A stretch of DNA of 64,000 bases from positions 6,946,001 through 7,010,000 of the forward strand of contig NC_045698.1 in assembly GCF_009834535.1 (NCBI RefSeq). Reading direction: 5' to 3'. Shown here piece after piece: positions 13,124 to 26,767 of the stretch. The stretch is from Camelus ferus. Its lineage: Eukaryota. Made by a program: the position numbers and the translations under genes. Numbering within the stretch: position 1 is the stretch's first letter; each line of letters starts with the position of its first letter. The notes beneath the pieces were generated by a model, which was given only the letters and a program-made list of their open reading frames with translations, did no database searches and was not told the origin of the DNA.

Positions 13124-13353
13124 CTGATTACAGAGACAATACGAGCCTTTCAGAGCTATCTATCCGTCCTGAGTTTGGGGTCACTTTTGCTTAGGTCATG
13201 TGGCTACATCCGGGCTCCAAACACAGTTAACTGTAAGGTTAGGGACGCAGAGAGCAACTGGGTGGCCTGTGAATGCACTTTTGGAGAAACTTTCAGAACC
13301 TAGAGGCATGCATCACCTTTCACACAGAAGAATGAAACTGCAAAATGTTGGAA

Positions 13354-13620
13354 TGTTCTAGTGCCTTTGGCGTGTGTCAGCTAAGCTAAGCTAAAAGCAC
13401 ATTTCCCAGCGTCCTCATCCCCGTGTGGTCCTGGGTTAGTGCTGGCCACAAGGGACATTTCACATGAGATTTGAGATACAGAAGTGAATTAGCAGCTACA
13501 TCTTTTCACGCTCTGAAGGCCCGCGCAGGGCTCAAGGCACAGTGGCAGCTCACGCACATTGTCACTGACCTGCTGGGTCACCTCGATGGTGTGGGGTGTG
13601 GGGGATGGTGGGGGATGGCA
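13354..13620. mobile_element. Old ERVL-class LTR fragment (LTR41-like)
   Basis: TG start and agctaagctaaaagcacatttcccag...gggttagtgctggccacaag resembling LTR41; end uncertain. Confidence 0.45.
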
Positions 13621-15023
13621 CCCAAGTCACAGCCCCTCCAGGGCCACAAGCAGGACACTAGGAAACAGTGAGTGAGGCACTTACCTCGGGGCACACAGTG
13701 CACAGGGGCATCCAAAAGCTCAGTAATCAAGATAGGCAATATATTCATGTGATTTTTTTTTAAGAATGAGGGAAGATATATGGTAAACAAATTACCGAAA
13801 TATTAAATCGACTGGATGGGTAACAGTGCTGGAATGAGCCATACTGCAGTTTGAGGCAAAAGGAAAAATCAGCAGCACTGAGCTCACAAGCCATGAGCTC
13901 TCCTTCAGCTTGTCCGGAGCCTGGGACAGGCTCACGTGCAGCCTCGGAGCTGAGGGTGTCTGTCCCAGGCATTGATGTAGACAGTGTGTGGCATTCACAA
14001 GTTCCATTCTGCCTCACTGGGTCCAGCTCTTCCCCCTCAGGTGTTCCAGTTTGTCAGTTTTCCCTTCTACATCCAGCAGTCCTTTCCAGTGGTCACTGGG
14101 GTGGCCCTACATCAACGCAATCTCAGCGCTCAATGCAGAAACCGGACACCATGTCGACAGGAGGCACGGGAAGCCCCAGCAGCACTCCATCCACCGTACC
14201 ATGGTGGTGGTTCTGCTTCCCTGATGGATGAGGGCGTGACTGCTGTCTGCCAGCTAGCTTATGTCAACTAGGAACACAACTCGAGTTCCACGAACAGTTA
14301 GGCCAAGTTGAACAGTGAAATATCTACAGCTTTCCCTCTGTCCGTGTGAACCATCTCTTTGACAAGGTCAAGATGTTGCCTGGTGCATTTTTTTGCTAAA
14401 TGACCAAAGGTTCCCTATGAGTGGAGCCTATGTTTACACCTGAGAGAAAACTGATAGCCAGGCTGTCCCTGCACCTCTACCAAGACAGAGACACTCTGCA
14501 ACTTTGGTTTGTCTTTTTCTTTATCAGCAATAGAGACAAAGCCATAGTGCCCTGATGAAGGCATAGAGTGCACTTAAACTCAAATTCCACAAACCTGAAC
14601 CCCATTGGAAGAAGCTACTACTGTTGTGTTTGAAAGCACCAGCTGCAAAGTGAAGTCATACTTAAAATATAATTAAAAGGGAAAAATTGTTTATCTTCTT
14701 TTAAGGATTTTTATGCTGGTCCCAGGCTATAAGATCATAGGTTAGTTTCTGAGTAACTTTGGTATTATTATAAGTCCTGAAGCTGGTTAAGGTGGAGACT
14801 GGGGCCGGATCACAAAAAGACTCACACTATCTCTGGGGAAGATACTGCTTTTTGAGGAATTTTGGCTCAGTTGGATAAACCATGGCTTATCCAAAAGTGA
14901 GTGACTCTGCTCCTGAGACTTGCTGTGAAACAAACTGGGACACAGAGATGTGGACACCTAAGGGCAGCTGCTGGGGGTTAGAGACTTCACTGTGAAGAGA
15001 GCCACTCTCTGTGACAGACCTAG

Positions 15024-15224
15024 ACCAGCACTATTGATATCCTTGTGGGATAATTCTTTGCTGTAGGGGATGCTCCTTTACACTCTAGAATGTTGAGCAA
15101 CATCCACAGCTCCATCTACTAGATGCTAGTAACACCGTCTCCCCCAGTGTGGCCACCAGAAAGGTCTCCAGACATTGCAAAACATCTGCTCAGTGACAAA
15201 AGTGCCCCCAGATAAGAACCACTG
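15024..15224 (-). mobile_element. MER20 hAT-Charlie MITE
   Basis: gcactattgat...gataattctttg...gtctccagacattgc...agaaccactg, the reverse complement of MER20. Confidence 0.85.
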
Positions 15225-15609
15225 GTGTAGATGACAACACAGCCTCCTTCCAGCTACCCAGGCTGATGCTGGGGTAGCAAAGCCAGGGTGGGACCAACCC
15301 AGGGTCTGATACTGAAAGTTCAGGGGCAGATAAGGATGAAGTCTGCCTACAAATAAAGGCAGATTGTAGACAAGGAGAGGCTGATACCAAGTCAATCTCC
15401 AGAGATATCATATGCCAGATAAGAGTCAGATCAGGCTCAGATGAGGGACCAACTAGAAGACCAACCCAAGGAACCTGAAAGGGTATTTTGCACTGATGTG
15501 GTGGACATCGTGTGTTTGGTAACAGAGACTGGGAAGATTGAGGACCTTAAGAGCATCCTTTTAATATTCACAGACAAAGCTTTTCAGCCCTTCCAGACAA
15601 AATTGGTTG

Positions 15610-15740
15610 AGTCAGTTAGCTGTTGCTTTGTAACAAACTGCACCAAAAACTCAATGGAGTAAAAGAAAAATATTTTTATCCCCCCTAGTCTGTGGATCAG
15701 CTGGAGGGTCTTCTGGTCCTGGCTGGGCAGTTCTAGGCTC
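15610..15740 (-). mobile_element. MaLR (MLT1) LTR fragment
   Basis: gtcagttagctgttgctttgtaacaaac...aaaactcaatgg, typical antisense MLT1 3' end. Confidence 0.55.
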
Positions 15741-16076
15741 CTAGACTCTTTTAGGTAGTTAGGATAAACATAACAGAATATCTAATGTGAGATCTTGTAA
15801 TCTTAATTGTTTAATTATGAAACATAAACTACTCTTCTTGATTACTAATGTATCATTCCACAGGAATCATGATGGTTCAATTCTGTCTGTCCTGTCATCC
15901 CTACTATTATTATGCTGTCAGCCTGGCATAATACTGTCAGCCTAGAAGTCACTCTTGCCAACACTAATTGGCCGTCCCACTCAGCTAATAACCCTATTTA
16001 AATGTTAGCACCAAATAACTTTGACCTTTTTCTAGGAAGTTGCTGTATGTCAAAAAAAAAAAAAAAGGATCATTTC

Positions 16077-17986
16077 AGGTAGCATGATACAAGATTAACA
16101 TAGAGAAATCAGTTGCATTTCTTTACACTAACAAGGAAATATCAGAAAAGGAAAGTAAAAAAACAATCAAATCACATCCAAAAAAATAAAATACTTGGAA
16201 ATAAATCTGACCAAAGAAGTGAAAGACTTATATGTGGAGAACTACAAAACACTGAGTAAGGAAATTAAAGGTGATTTAAAGAAATGGAAAGATATCCCAT
16301 GTTCTTGGATTGAAAGAATTACTATTGTTAAAATGGCCATGCTGCCCAAAGCAATCTACAGATTTAATGCAATCCTTATCAAACTACCCAGGTTATTTTT
16401 CACAGAACTAGAACAAATAATCCTAAAATTTACATGGAATCACAAAAGACCCAGAACTGCCAAAGCATTACTGAAGAAAAAGAATGAAGCTGGAGGAATA
16501 ACCCTCCCAGACTTCAGACAACACTACAGAGCTACAGTCATCAAAACAGCATGGTGTTGGTACAAAAACAGACATATGGATCAATGGAACAGAACAGAGA
16601 GCCCAGAAATAAACCCACAGACCTACAGTCAATTAATCTTCAACAAAGGGAGCAAGAATATACAATGGAGTAAAAACAATCTCCTCACCAAATGGTGCTG
16701 GGAAACTGGACAGCTGCATGTAAATCAATGAAGTTAGACTACTCCCTCACATCATACACAAATAAGCTCAAAATGGTTTAAAGACTTAAAAACATAAGAC
16801 AAGACAGTGTAGACCTCTTAGAAGAAAACATACACAAAACATTATCTGACATAAATCCTAGCAATGTTCTCCTAGAGCAATAGAAATAAAAGCCAAAATA
16901 AACAAATGGGACATAATGAAACTTACAAGCTTCTGCACAGCAAAGGAAACCATAAGCAAAACTAAATGACAACCTATGGAATGGGAGAAAGTATTTGCAG
17001 AAGATGAGACTGACAAGGGCTTAATTTCCAGAATATATAAACAGCTGATACAACTTAATAAAAAAAAATCCAAAAATAGGGAGAATAACTGAGCAAGCAA
17101 TTCTTCAATGAAGACATACAAATTTCCAAAAAGAACATGAAAAAATGTTCAATATCACTAATTACCAGAGAAATGCAAATCAAAACTACAATGAGGTATC
17201 ACCTCACACCAGCCAGAATGGCCATCATTAAAAAGTCCACAAACAATAAATTCTGGAAAGGGTATGGAGAAAAGGGAGCCCTCCTCCACTGCTGGTGGGA
17301 ATGTAGTCTGGTGCAGCCATTATGGAAAACATTATGGAAATTCCTCAAAAAACTAAAAGTAGACTTACTGTATGATCCAGCAATCCCACTCTTGAGCATA
17401 TATCCAGAGGGAACCTTAATTCAACAAGATACATGCACCCCAATGTTCATAGCAGCACTATTTACAATAGCCAAGACATGGACACAACCTAAATGTCTAT
17501 TGACAGATGACTGGATAAAGCTGTGGTATATTTATACAATGAAACACTACTCAGCTATAAAAAATAATAAAATAATGCTATTTGCAGCAACATGGATGGA
17601 CTTGGAGATTGTCATTCTAAGTGAATAAGCAAGAAAGAGAAAGGAAAATACCATATATCACTTATATATGGAATCTAAAAAAAAGACAAATGAACTTATT
17701 TACAAAACAGAAACAGACTCACTGACATAGAAAACAAACTTACAGTTACCAGGGGGGAAGTGGGTGGGAAGGGATAAATTGGGAGTTCAAGATTTGCAGA
17801 TACTGACTACTATATATAAAATAGATAAACAAGTTTTTTCTGTAGAGCACAGGGAACTATATTCAATATCTTGTAGTAGTTTATGGTGAAAACAAATATA
17901 TGTATGTATATGTGTGACTGAACTATCATGCTTTACTAGAAATTGACACAATATTGCAAACTGACTATACTTTAATAAAATTTTTT
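16077..17986 (+). mobile_element. 5'-truncated young L1 (~1.9 kb; disrupted ORF2 3' part plus 3'UTR)
   Basis: ORF2 peptides ([51 protein letters not shown]) broken by stops and frameshifts; TSD aaaaggatcatttc (16063-16076) / aaaaagatcatttc (17987-18000). Confidence 0.95.
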
Positions 17987-18171
17987 AAAAAGATCATTTC
18001 TTTTTCTACATTCCAGATTACTCAAATTGTGCTTTTTGTTGTCACATGGACCCTTGCTACACACACACACACAAATGGCTTTACATTTTAAATTGACATT
18101 CACTCTCAGTCTTAAGTAATAGTTTGCCAGTTCTAACACAAATGTAACAATGGCAACAAAACCAACAAAAC

Positions 18172-18380
18172 AGCTAGCATTTATCGAGCGCTTACTGTGT
18201 ACCAGGCATAGAGGGTGTACATGGATAACTCTTTTCATCTTCTCAGTGACCCTTTTTTTACAGACAAAGAAACTAAGGCACCAGAAGGATAAGTGACTCA
18301 TCCAAGGTCTCTCGGTTGACATGGAGTGGGATTCAAACCCCAGCGGTCTGCTCCAGAGTCCGTGTTTCCATCCGTACACT
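18172..18380 (-). mobile_element. MIR SINE
   Basis: catttatcgagcgcttactgtgtaccaggca...ttttacagacaaagaaactaaggc...gggattcaaacccc. Confidence 0.85.
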
Positions 18381-19239
18381 TTAAGTGCCTCTCCAATGTT
18401 GAATAAATTACAGATATTCGATGGAATTTTGATGTCTTGCCAATCATTATGAAGTTAACATTTCTTTTGGAGGGAAAGTTAAATATAAGTGCAGCCATTT
18501 GGTTAAAGATACAAGATTGGTGATCACTTTGAAATTCAAAGACTGCTGACTTGGCTAACTAGAGATGACATTAATTCCTTTCATTTGCTTTATGTAGATA
18601 TCACTGTAGGCGAAACACAAATTATTTAGTGTAATAGAATCCAGTCTCTTGCTATAATATACCATAACTTTGTTTCTGCAACAGTGCTCTAATTGACTCT
18701 GATCAAACATTTTTCAGTTATGTGGTGTTGTAAAGTCTGGATGTTTTAAGAAACTGAGCTAGAAATGGTATAAGTCAGGGAAAAAGGAAGTTAAAGTATG
18801 GGAAGGTACAGTTCCATCAATAGTTCTGCAGAGGATCCAATTAAAATGTAAATTCATCCTTTAAGAGAAGAATAATTTGATCAACAGAAAACTAATGTGG
18901 GAGAAGAACACGTGTCATTGAGTCAGAAAAGCTGGGGGTGGGGAAGGACTACACGGCAGCAAATTAACCTTTACAGGAAGGGAGGCACTGGTGTAATAAA
19001 TGCATATGAAATATAAAACACAGATTAGAGTTCCTTTTAACACAACTAGCAAAGTAGTCATTTGAAAATCCATTTGCAAATAAATCAGGAAAAGTTCTTT
19101 GGAGAAGAAACATCAATAAAGTTATTAGCAATATCAAAGAACTGGTTTCTCATAGAGAAATGACATTAAGAAAACTGAGGACGGTACACGTCTTTTTACT
19201 AACTTAAAATACGTAACAGTATTTCTACATTTGAAACAA

Positions 19240-19895
19240 GTTATTTTATTGCAGTTTGACACACATATGGAGACATCACAAGGCTTACGTGTGCATTTCA
19301 GTGAGCTATCAAGATTACATCCATGTAACCATCACTGAAGTCAAGAAACAGAACACCCCCCACAGAAATCCCCTCAAGCGTCCTCCCTACTAATCCCTCC
19401 CAATTTTTCCCCAGATACAACAACTCTCCTGGCCTTTAACACCACAGACTTTCCCTTTCCCTTAAGCTTTATAAAATAGTGACTCTCACAGTCAAATATT
19501 CTTTTCTGTCTGACTTCTTTCTTTTCACATTGTCTTTGTGAGATTTACCCATGCTGTTTCATTCTGCAGTGTTTCAGTGATTCCCATGGCTATACAGAGG
19601 CTTGTTGCATTATTGAATTTACCAAAATCTATTTGTTCTACTATTAATGGACATTGGGGTTGCTTCCCATTTAGGACTTTCATGTCTCATTTCATTGGGA
19701 ACATTCCCACACACGTTGTTTGTTGCACACACATGTGCATTACTGTTAGGGGTGAAACTGCAAAGGCAAAGTACATGCGTGTTCACTTGAGTAGATACTG
19801 CCAAACTCTTTTCCCAAATAATAGAGCCAATTTACACTCCATCAGTAGGGCAAAGGAGTTTCTGTTGCCCATATCCAGCCGCCACTTTTATTTTA
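19240..19895 (-). mobile_element. Ancient L1ME-like 3' end
   Basis: catccatgtaaccatcac...gtgagatttacccatgctg...atggacattggggttgcttcc...gatactgccaaac. Confidence 0.75.
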
Positions 19896-20174
19896 ACTGA
19901 AAGGTAACTTTATCACACCGCTGCTAATAATCACACGCAGTGATTTAGCAAACCTCGTGCCATCAGCTCTGTGGTCACAGAGAAATTCAAAGCCTTTTCC
20001 TCCTGCTCCCCTACCACGTTCGCCCCCCAGACTTTGACTATCCACACGTTGCTTCTGTCGTCGCCCAATACTCGTCCCATGAGGCTTGTCCACCACCTGT
20101 ACATCGAAGGTGGTGCCCCCTCCCCACAACCACCCTGGTCACCGGTCATCGTTTAATCACTTGTTCTAACCGTG

Positions 20175-20520
20175 ACCATTTATGCAGTACTGACTGTGTG
20201 TTTGTCACTGAGCTCGCACTAGGGATAAAGGTGACTACGACCTGGACTCTGTCCTGAGGAGCTTACAGTCCAGGAGGGAAAACATATGAAAGTGGACAAG
20301 TGCAGTAAGTTACAATAAACATAACTGGAAAAATGTGTGGATGTAACACAGGTGTAAAAAGAAAGGGGGAGGAAGGAAGGAAGGAAGGAAGGAAAGAAGA
20401 AAGGGAAGGAAACAGGTCGGTTTGCTTGAAAAGAAAAGACAATGGATGGAACTTTGGCCAGAATCTTGAAAGCTAAGTAGAAGTACAGGAAAGGAGGTAG
20501 GAGTCAAGCAAATACAGCAC
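20175..20520 (-). mobile_element. L2 3' fragment
   Basis: catttatgcagtactgactgtgtg...ctgtcctgaggagcttacagtcc. Confidence 0.55.
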
Positions 20521-21019
20521 AGATACAGGAGCAGAGGCTGAAGGGTGGAAATGGCCCGCTGCCCAGGACCAGTCCTGAGCAGATCCACATAGCTGGGGCT
20601 GAGACAAAGCTGGACGGTCCACAGACCTGACCCATAACCTCTGAGTCTCCCTCTCCCCACTCCCACCATGGCCTCCGCCCACCCAGACCACCCTGCCTGA
20701 TCCAGTGCCCCCACCGACTGTCCCATCTCGGGCAGCCTCCTGGCTGCGCTTCCACCACAGCCACCTGATGCGGAGGCAGCCCCACAGTCTTCCTCTTCTC
20801 CTCTTGCTCTGGATGATGGACAAAGGGTTAGCAGCCACAGAGAGGGAATCTCCAGACAAAATGTGTACGACCTTGCCTGCATTTTCTCTGCTGGTCACTT
20901 CCCCAAGGCTCAAAGACTCTGGTGTTCTGTTAATTATAAAGAACTTGACCAACAGGGGACAGGCTTCTGCTGTCCTGACGCTTCCACAGTCTGCTAAATT
21001 ATTTTAAAAGTTAATCAGT

Positions 21020-21590
21020 CCATAATGCTTGTCTGGAGAGCCTTATGTACGAAGCATGTAAATTGCTGGGCGCGCACTTCATGGGGTGGACCCAGGGTTA
21101 CCCGCGGTGGTGAGAGAATGGCGCACTGTCTTCCCCTCAAAACATGTCCCGGGTCCTCACCAGCCTACAGTCTGACTGAGGAAATAGACATTCATCAGAG
21201 TTCCAGAAATACATGCCAAGTTACAGCCAATAGAAGTGCACAAAAGAAACGTCCTCGGTGCTCACAATATATAATGGGGGGCGCCTGGAGGGGATACAGA
21301 CAGCCTTTTCTGGGGAAGCAGTGCCTGACTCCCCTAAGGAAGAGCATCTGTCCTCAACTCTGTGGCGCTGAGGACAGGGAGGGAGCACTCAGGTCCTGGG
21401 GAAGGAAAACCTGGGCGACACCAAGAGGGCACAGGAGGATGGCCCCTCTGAGGACGTGAGAACAGGCAGGTGTGGCCAGAGCGAAGAGGGCTGGGGAGCA
21501 CTTCCGGGATGAAGAGGGAGGAGCAGGTAAAAGACAGGCCATGCAGAAGCTTGAAGGCCAGCTCGAGGATTTTAGATTTGAGTTTGCACT
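21020..21590 (-). mobile_element. L2 fragment
   Basis: Degenerate antisense L2 (cttacagtc-like motif, ggccatgcagaagcttgaaggccag...ggattttagatt). Confidence 0.5.
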
Positions 21591-22329
21591 CCCAGTAATG
21601 ACTCAGTAGCTACTATGAGGCCAACCTGCCCTCAAATTATTTAAAAAAAAAAAAATCTCCCTTAAACTATTTTTAAAACTACTAACTTGAGACCAGATAT
21701 TATCAGCAACTGCCTGAGGTGCTGGAACATGACTAAAACAGGCAGATACTAGGCGGGTGGTGATATTTGAAAAAGGGGCAGGAGCTGGGTGAGTTTCTCG
21801 GCTTCGTCTTCTGCCCTGAGCGCAGGCCCCCATCTGTAGTGCGTGGGAGCAAATGAAAATTTGCAGTCTTATTGGACTGAAGATGGAGGCACAGAGACAG
21901 AGCAACCCCAGCAGCTAGAAACTATGGTGGGGGGTCATCTGGTAGGAGGAGAGCCCCGAACCCTGGGCATGAGCTCTGCCCGCATCTCTGGCAGACTCAG
22001 GACCATGCAGGCCCAGGGGAGCTCGGTGCTCCACCAGGAAAGCAGCTTCCACTTTTAAATGAAGTCTTTGAGCTTACAGTTTGAATTAAATCATTACAAT
22101 GGGTACTTGGGGGTCACTGTTTTGGGTTTTTTTTTCCAGGGGGGTGGGTTTCCTGAAAAGATTTGTAGTTTTGCCTTTTCCAGTGGTGGTTCTGACTCCG
22201 TAATCAGCGGAGCAGGTTGTGCTGGGGCCACAGTGGGCCACAAAGAGACTTTAGGGGGCAGCTGTCAAGTCCCACAAGAGGTGATGGTGCCTCGGGTGGG
22301 CCTGGAAGAGGCATGGAGTCTGAGAAGTG

Positions 22330-22800
22330 GACATGGGGTCATCAGAACCTGGGAAGGGGCTGAGGGACACGAGGGCCAGGAAGGCCTCCAAGTTCCCTGA
22401 CTAGAAACCAGTGGGGTCGGGGGCTGCTGGGGGGTGAAATTCATGGCAGCACGCAAGACAGGAAGGAGACAGGCCTGGCGAGGATCACGTCTGCCTTCAG
22501 ACAAGTGCAGGGTCAGATACACTTGAGACGTCCCAGCAGAAATGCCAAGTAGGCTGTTTAACACAGGAGTCAGAGAAATTCAGAGCTAATGATATAAATC
22601 TGATATAAATTAGTAAGACAACTGGACTTTGGGGTAATGAAGCGGTGGGTATGGGTGAGATCCCCTGAGGATAGAATACGGGGAGGTGGGGGAGTAGGAA
22701 GAAAAAGGGACCTAAGATTTAAACTTCAGAAATCCCTCAATTTCATGACCAGGTTAGTTGGAAACAGAGGAAACAGAGAGGCAAAGTAAAAAGAAACCAG
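22330..22800 (-). mobile_element. L2 fragment
   Basis: tgagacgtccc...aaatgccaagtaggctg...cagagctaatgatataaatc, antisense L2 internal motifs. Confidence 0.5.
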
Positions 22801-23509
22801 AAGTTTTGCAGCTACACAGTGGGTCAGTCTTAACCTGCTATGACCCCCAATTCAAGGGCTTTATCACTGTGTTTACCCGTAACTCACCCCAGACTGTTCT
22901 AAGAGTTAACCCTCAAATTCACCCTAAAACCTAATCTCCCTGGACTTTCGGGAACCCACCCCACTGAACAGCGAAGAACCAGCAGCTTCAGCACATCCGC
23001 TCTGTTCTCACTTTTAAGTCCATCCAGCCCCACTCTCTGTTCAGCATCCTCAGGCCACAGGGCTCACGTCGTCATCCAGAAATGATGGCGAATATCACAG
23101 CCACCTAGAGCACAGTCAGAGGGTCTGATCCCTTCCCTTGAAAGCAACACAAGAAAGGAAAAAAAAATGTTCGGCATGAGCAAGCCCGAGGGTCTATAAA
23201 AACTAGCGTTTTAAACATTGTGCGAGTCCGCGTGAAGGAATCATTTTTAGTTGGTTTTGCTTTGCTGTTTTCTTTTAACAAATCAACGCTTAAATGAACG
23301 ATCTGACGAAATTGCCTGGCTCTGGTTTTGAGGGCCACTGTGACCTACATACAACCACATACCAGCCTTAACAGAGCTCAGCCAGAGCAGAGAAACGTGG
23401 AGATGAGATCATGACCAAATGTCGCTTCTACAAGGTTTGCTTGGAGCCCGTTCTTGCCCGTGGACATCCCTTCGGGGCAGCAGCCTGGGGCTCCCCCTGC
23501 TCCCTCCAC

Positions 23510-24035
23510 CATCCTCAGGGGTCCAGGCATCTCTTGAGGTCCCATGACCATTTCAAGGGGCCACGAACTCAAAGCTATTTCCATAATAATACTAAGTCAA
23601 TATTTGGCTTTTTCTACCTCATTCTCTCTCTGATCTTTAGCAGAGTTTTGATGTGATATCAAAGAACATCCACAATTATCTGGTGGAGAAACAAACCATT
23701 AAATACCTGTCACTCTTCCAACAACATATCTGCAAAACAACGAGTTGCCAGGACTGAACACAGGCGCAGATGAGAGATAACAGCTGTCTTCCATTAAAAA
23801 GTTATGTGAAAAAGAATGAAAACAATGCCAATCTCTCACCAATTTTTTTTGTTTTGGAAAATAGTGTTATTTTTCACTGAAATATGTTGTGCACATTATA
23901 ACATAATAGATTGATCATTATTGTCTTTAATGAGTTATAAAATAAATACCTTTCAAATTAATTTAAAAATTAATTTAAAATCAATATGGTACATTTGGAT
24001 AGATATAACCCATAGAAGTAAGCTCTCTGGGGCCA
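23510..24035. mobile_element. hAT-Charlie (Charlie4-like) DNA transposon remnant
   Basis: tcaaagctatttccataataatactaag...ttttgttttggaaaatag...tagatataacccatag...agctctctgggg. Confidence 0.65.
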
Positions 24036-24146
24036 GGGGCAGGTGAACGCCAGGTCCTACCCACAGGTATGGGTCCAGGTGACTGGAGAGGACTCAGCCT
24101 GGGACCCGCCCCAACTAGCCGCTGCTAACCCACCAGGTGGACTTAC

Positions 24147-24250
24147 CTCCATGTGGCTGCTGTTCTTCCAGAATCCCAGAACCAAACTGGGCAAGAACCT
24201 GCAGCCCACGGCATCCCCATGAGCTCCTCTAGAATGCACCACTTCCTCCT
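24147..24250 (-). other. Candidate spliced exon (104 nt), probably non-coding
   Basis: Branch point ctaat, pyrimidine tract and acceptor (gtctaatgtctgttctctgggcttctatctgcag); consensus donor GAG|gtaagt. Confidence 0.45.
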
Positions 24251-25047
24251 CTGCAGATAGAAGCCCAGAGAACAGACATTAGACCAAGACTTATACACAG
24301 CAGCACCTACCAGTACACCTGGACCAGTTGTTAAAACAGTAAAGAAAGTCTGTACCCCAAGTCTCCAAAGTGCTCCTCCCCCCAAACCCCACAGGCATAG
24401 CCCCATTATCTGTGAACAAAAAAGTTAGAGCCTGAGTCTGACTCCAAAGTGTCCCATCCCAAAGCATCCCATCTCACCCTCTCCGCTTCCCCAGGACCAG
24501 GTAGGGCCCTCACGGTCCTCCCCATGTTCTGTACTGGTTGTTACGTCCAGAGCATCCCTGCCCCTCAGCATCCACGTGGTCCCAGCACACAGCCCCTTCT
24601 CCACCCTCTCTCTGAATCCTTCTCCTTATAAAACTCTGACCCAGAAGAGTCAGACTGCAGGAGTTTTCTTCCTCTACTTCATCTCATCTTCCTACTCCAG
24701 AGCAACCAGCCCCTTGGCCTAGATTTCAAAGCAGAAGGGCCATCCTTACAGGCAGGCTGTGGAAGGCATACTGCTCTGAGTGCACCAGCCTCTGTCTTTG
24801 AAATGCTAAATGAATTCTGCACGTGCTGAAGCTCTAATTGACTCTTCTTCCCACATCAAGACCCAGCAACTCCATGACCTGTTTCTCAAGTTTTGGAGAA
24901 CGCTTCCCTGCAACAGTTCCCAGCATGTTGGAAGAAGGACAGGTAGTTAATGGTTTTTTTTTCCCCCGGGAAATTGTGGATGCTCTTCTTTGATGTTGCC
25001 GTGTTTTCCTTCCCACTCTTCCCTTTCCAATCACATCGTTGGTAAGC

Positions 25048-25207
25048 CAGTGGTTCTTAGACTTCGCTATGTATTAGAATCACTGGGGGAGCTTCAGAAA
25101 GCACTGGTGCTCAGACACTCATGTCATCCTCGGGGAGAGACCCAGGTATCAGCAGTGTTTAAAGCTTCCCAGAGATGCCAATATGCAGGTAAGGTTGAGA
25201 AGCAATG
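25048..25207. mobile_element. MER5-like hAT MITE
   Basis: cagtggttctt...tattagaatcactgggggagctt...aggttgagaagcaatg with degenerate terminal inverted repeats. Confidence 0.75.
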
Positions 25208-25564
25208 TTCTAGGCTAGAAATTTACCATATATCTTCTCAATTTCCCACCCTGTAGCACGCCACCACCAGGTCTAGAACTACCCGGGGAGAAGTGCCTTC
25301 TCTGCTGGTTCTTGCCATTGGAACCTGCTCCCTGGCTGGCCGGGCCAGTGGAAGCAGGCTTCAGACCAGGTACAAGAGTCTTACACTCAAGAAGACAGCC
25401 TTTCTCCATAAGATTTAGGCTCATTTCTACTTACTTATGTCTTTGCTGATAAGGAATAAACTGGCCAAGGAGCCCTGCCTCCATTTGTCCTGCGGTCACT
25501 CCCAGGAGCATGCAGGACACACCTGACCATTGACAGTGCACCAGCCAAGACCACACGCCCCACA

Positions 25565-25710
25565 TCAGAGTCACCTAGGCAGCATTTAGAAACTGCTGAT
25601 GCCCGCCCCTCTACCAAGGTCCTTGAGGCTCTCTGGAACGGGGCCAGGGGAACAATATTATTACTGTTCCCGAGCTAATCCTTATGTGCAGCCAGAAACA
25701 AGAACTGCCA
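25565..25710. mobile_element. MER5-like MITE fragment
   Basis: catcagagtcaccta...ctgatgccc...tatgtgcagccag. Confidence 0.5.
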
Positions 25711-26424
25711 AGCCTCCCGGCCCAGGGAATCTCGGCGGGTCCCGCCGCCTGCCTTCCTCTACTAATACCTGGGTGACGCCTTGGTTCACCTCGCTTTTCA
25801 TTTCAGGTTTTCTCCTGTCCTTCAGCTCGTAGGTCACCTGAGCCACCTGTGCTGCTGTCTGCGAGTCTGCCAGCCTGCTCTGCCCCGCCCTGACGGCCCG
25901 CTAAAGCCCCACCTCTGAGCGCCTTAGCGCAGATGGGTATTGCCCTTGAGTGACAAGCTCCTAGACGCAGCCTGAGGGTCTTTCAGCCACCATTTCCCAA
26001 GGGGCCGGTCGAAGATCCACTTTAAAAAAAAGGTTTTATTTTTAAATTAGTACATACATTTTTATTTTAAAAAGTAACACATATACGAAAGAAATCCAAA
26101 CAGCGTCAAAATGTGTAACAGCGAGATGAGGGTCTTTCCTGCTGGAGTTCTGCAGTCCCTTCCCAGAGGGAGGGACTTCTAAACAAAAGCGTGTTCGTAT
26201 TTGAGCATCTCTCCCCAGAGGGACTTTTCCATTTTGTAGAAACAGAAGAGATTCCTGAGACCTGACTACTCCGTGAGACTCTTGGAGGGAGAGGGAGGAG
26301 GGTCCCCGAAGCCTGTACCTTTAAGAGCTGCTCGGGGACCAAGGATCAGACGGCATATGATGAGAACTGCCGTGGACTACAGCCCCTGACACCTCAGGGG
26401 GCTTTCAGCAAATGTGATAAGACG

Positions 26425-26767
26425 TCTGTGAGTCTGTTTCTGCTTTATAAAGAAGTTCATTTGTGTCATTTTTTTTTTTAGATTCCACATACAAGTGATA
26501 TCATATGGTATTTTTCTTTCTTTTTCCACATTACTTAGTATGACAATCTCCTGTTCAAGATTTGTAGATACTAACTGCTATACATAAAATAGATAAACAA
26601 CAAATTTCTTCTCTACAGCACAGGGAACTATATTCAATATCTTGTACTAACTTATAATGAAAAAGAATATGAAAAGGAATATATGTATGTATATCTATGA
26701 CTGAAACATTATGCTCTACACCAGAAATTGACACATTGTAAACTGACTAGACGTCAATTAAAAAAAA
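26425..26767 (+). mobile_element. Short young L1 with 5' inversion
   Basis: About 26425-26550 antisense and 26551-26767 sense L1 3'UTR with A tail; TSD aaatgtgataagacg (26410-26424) / aaaagtaataagatg (26768-26782). Confidence 0.9.

Noticed and set aside
16195..17628. ORFs of 178 aa and 163 aa as host genes
   Set aside because: They are L1 ORF2 fragments separated by stops and frameshifts, in a 5'-truncated copy that cannot be autonomous
19887..20097. Possible minus-strand terminal exon (GGQASWDEYWATTEATCG* or RWWTSLMGRVLG...) with AATAAA
   Set aside because: The acceptor has a poor pyrimidine tract, the AATAAA sits at an L1 edge, and no peptide was recognised
23195..23201. TATAAAA with CpG-containing flanks as a plus-strand promoter
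   Set aside because: An isolated 7-mer is expected by chance; no downstream exon structure was found
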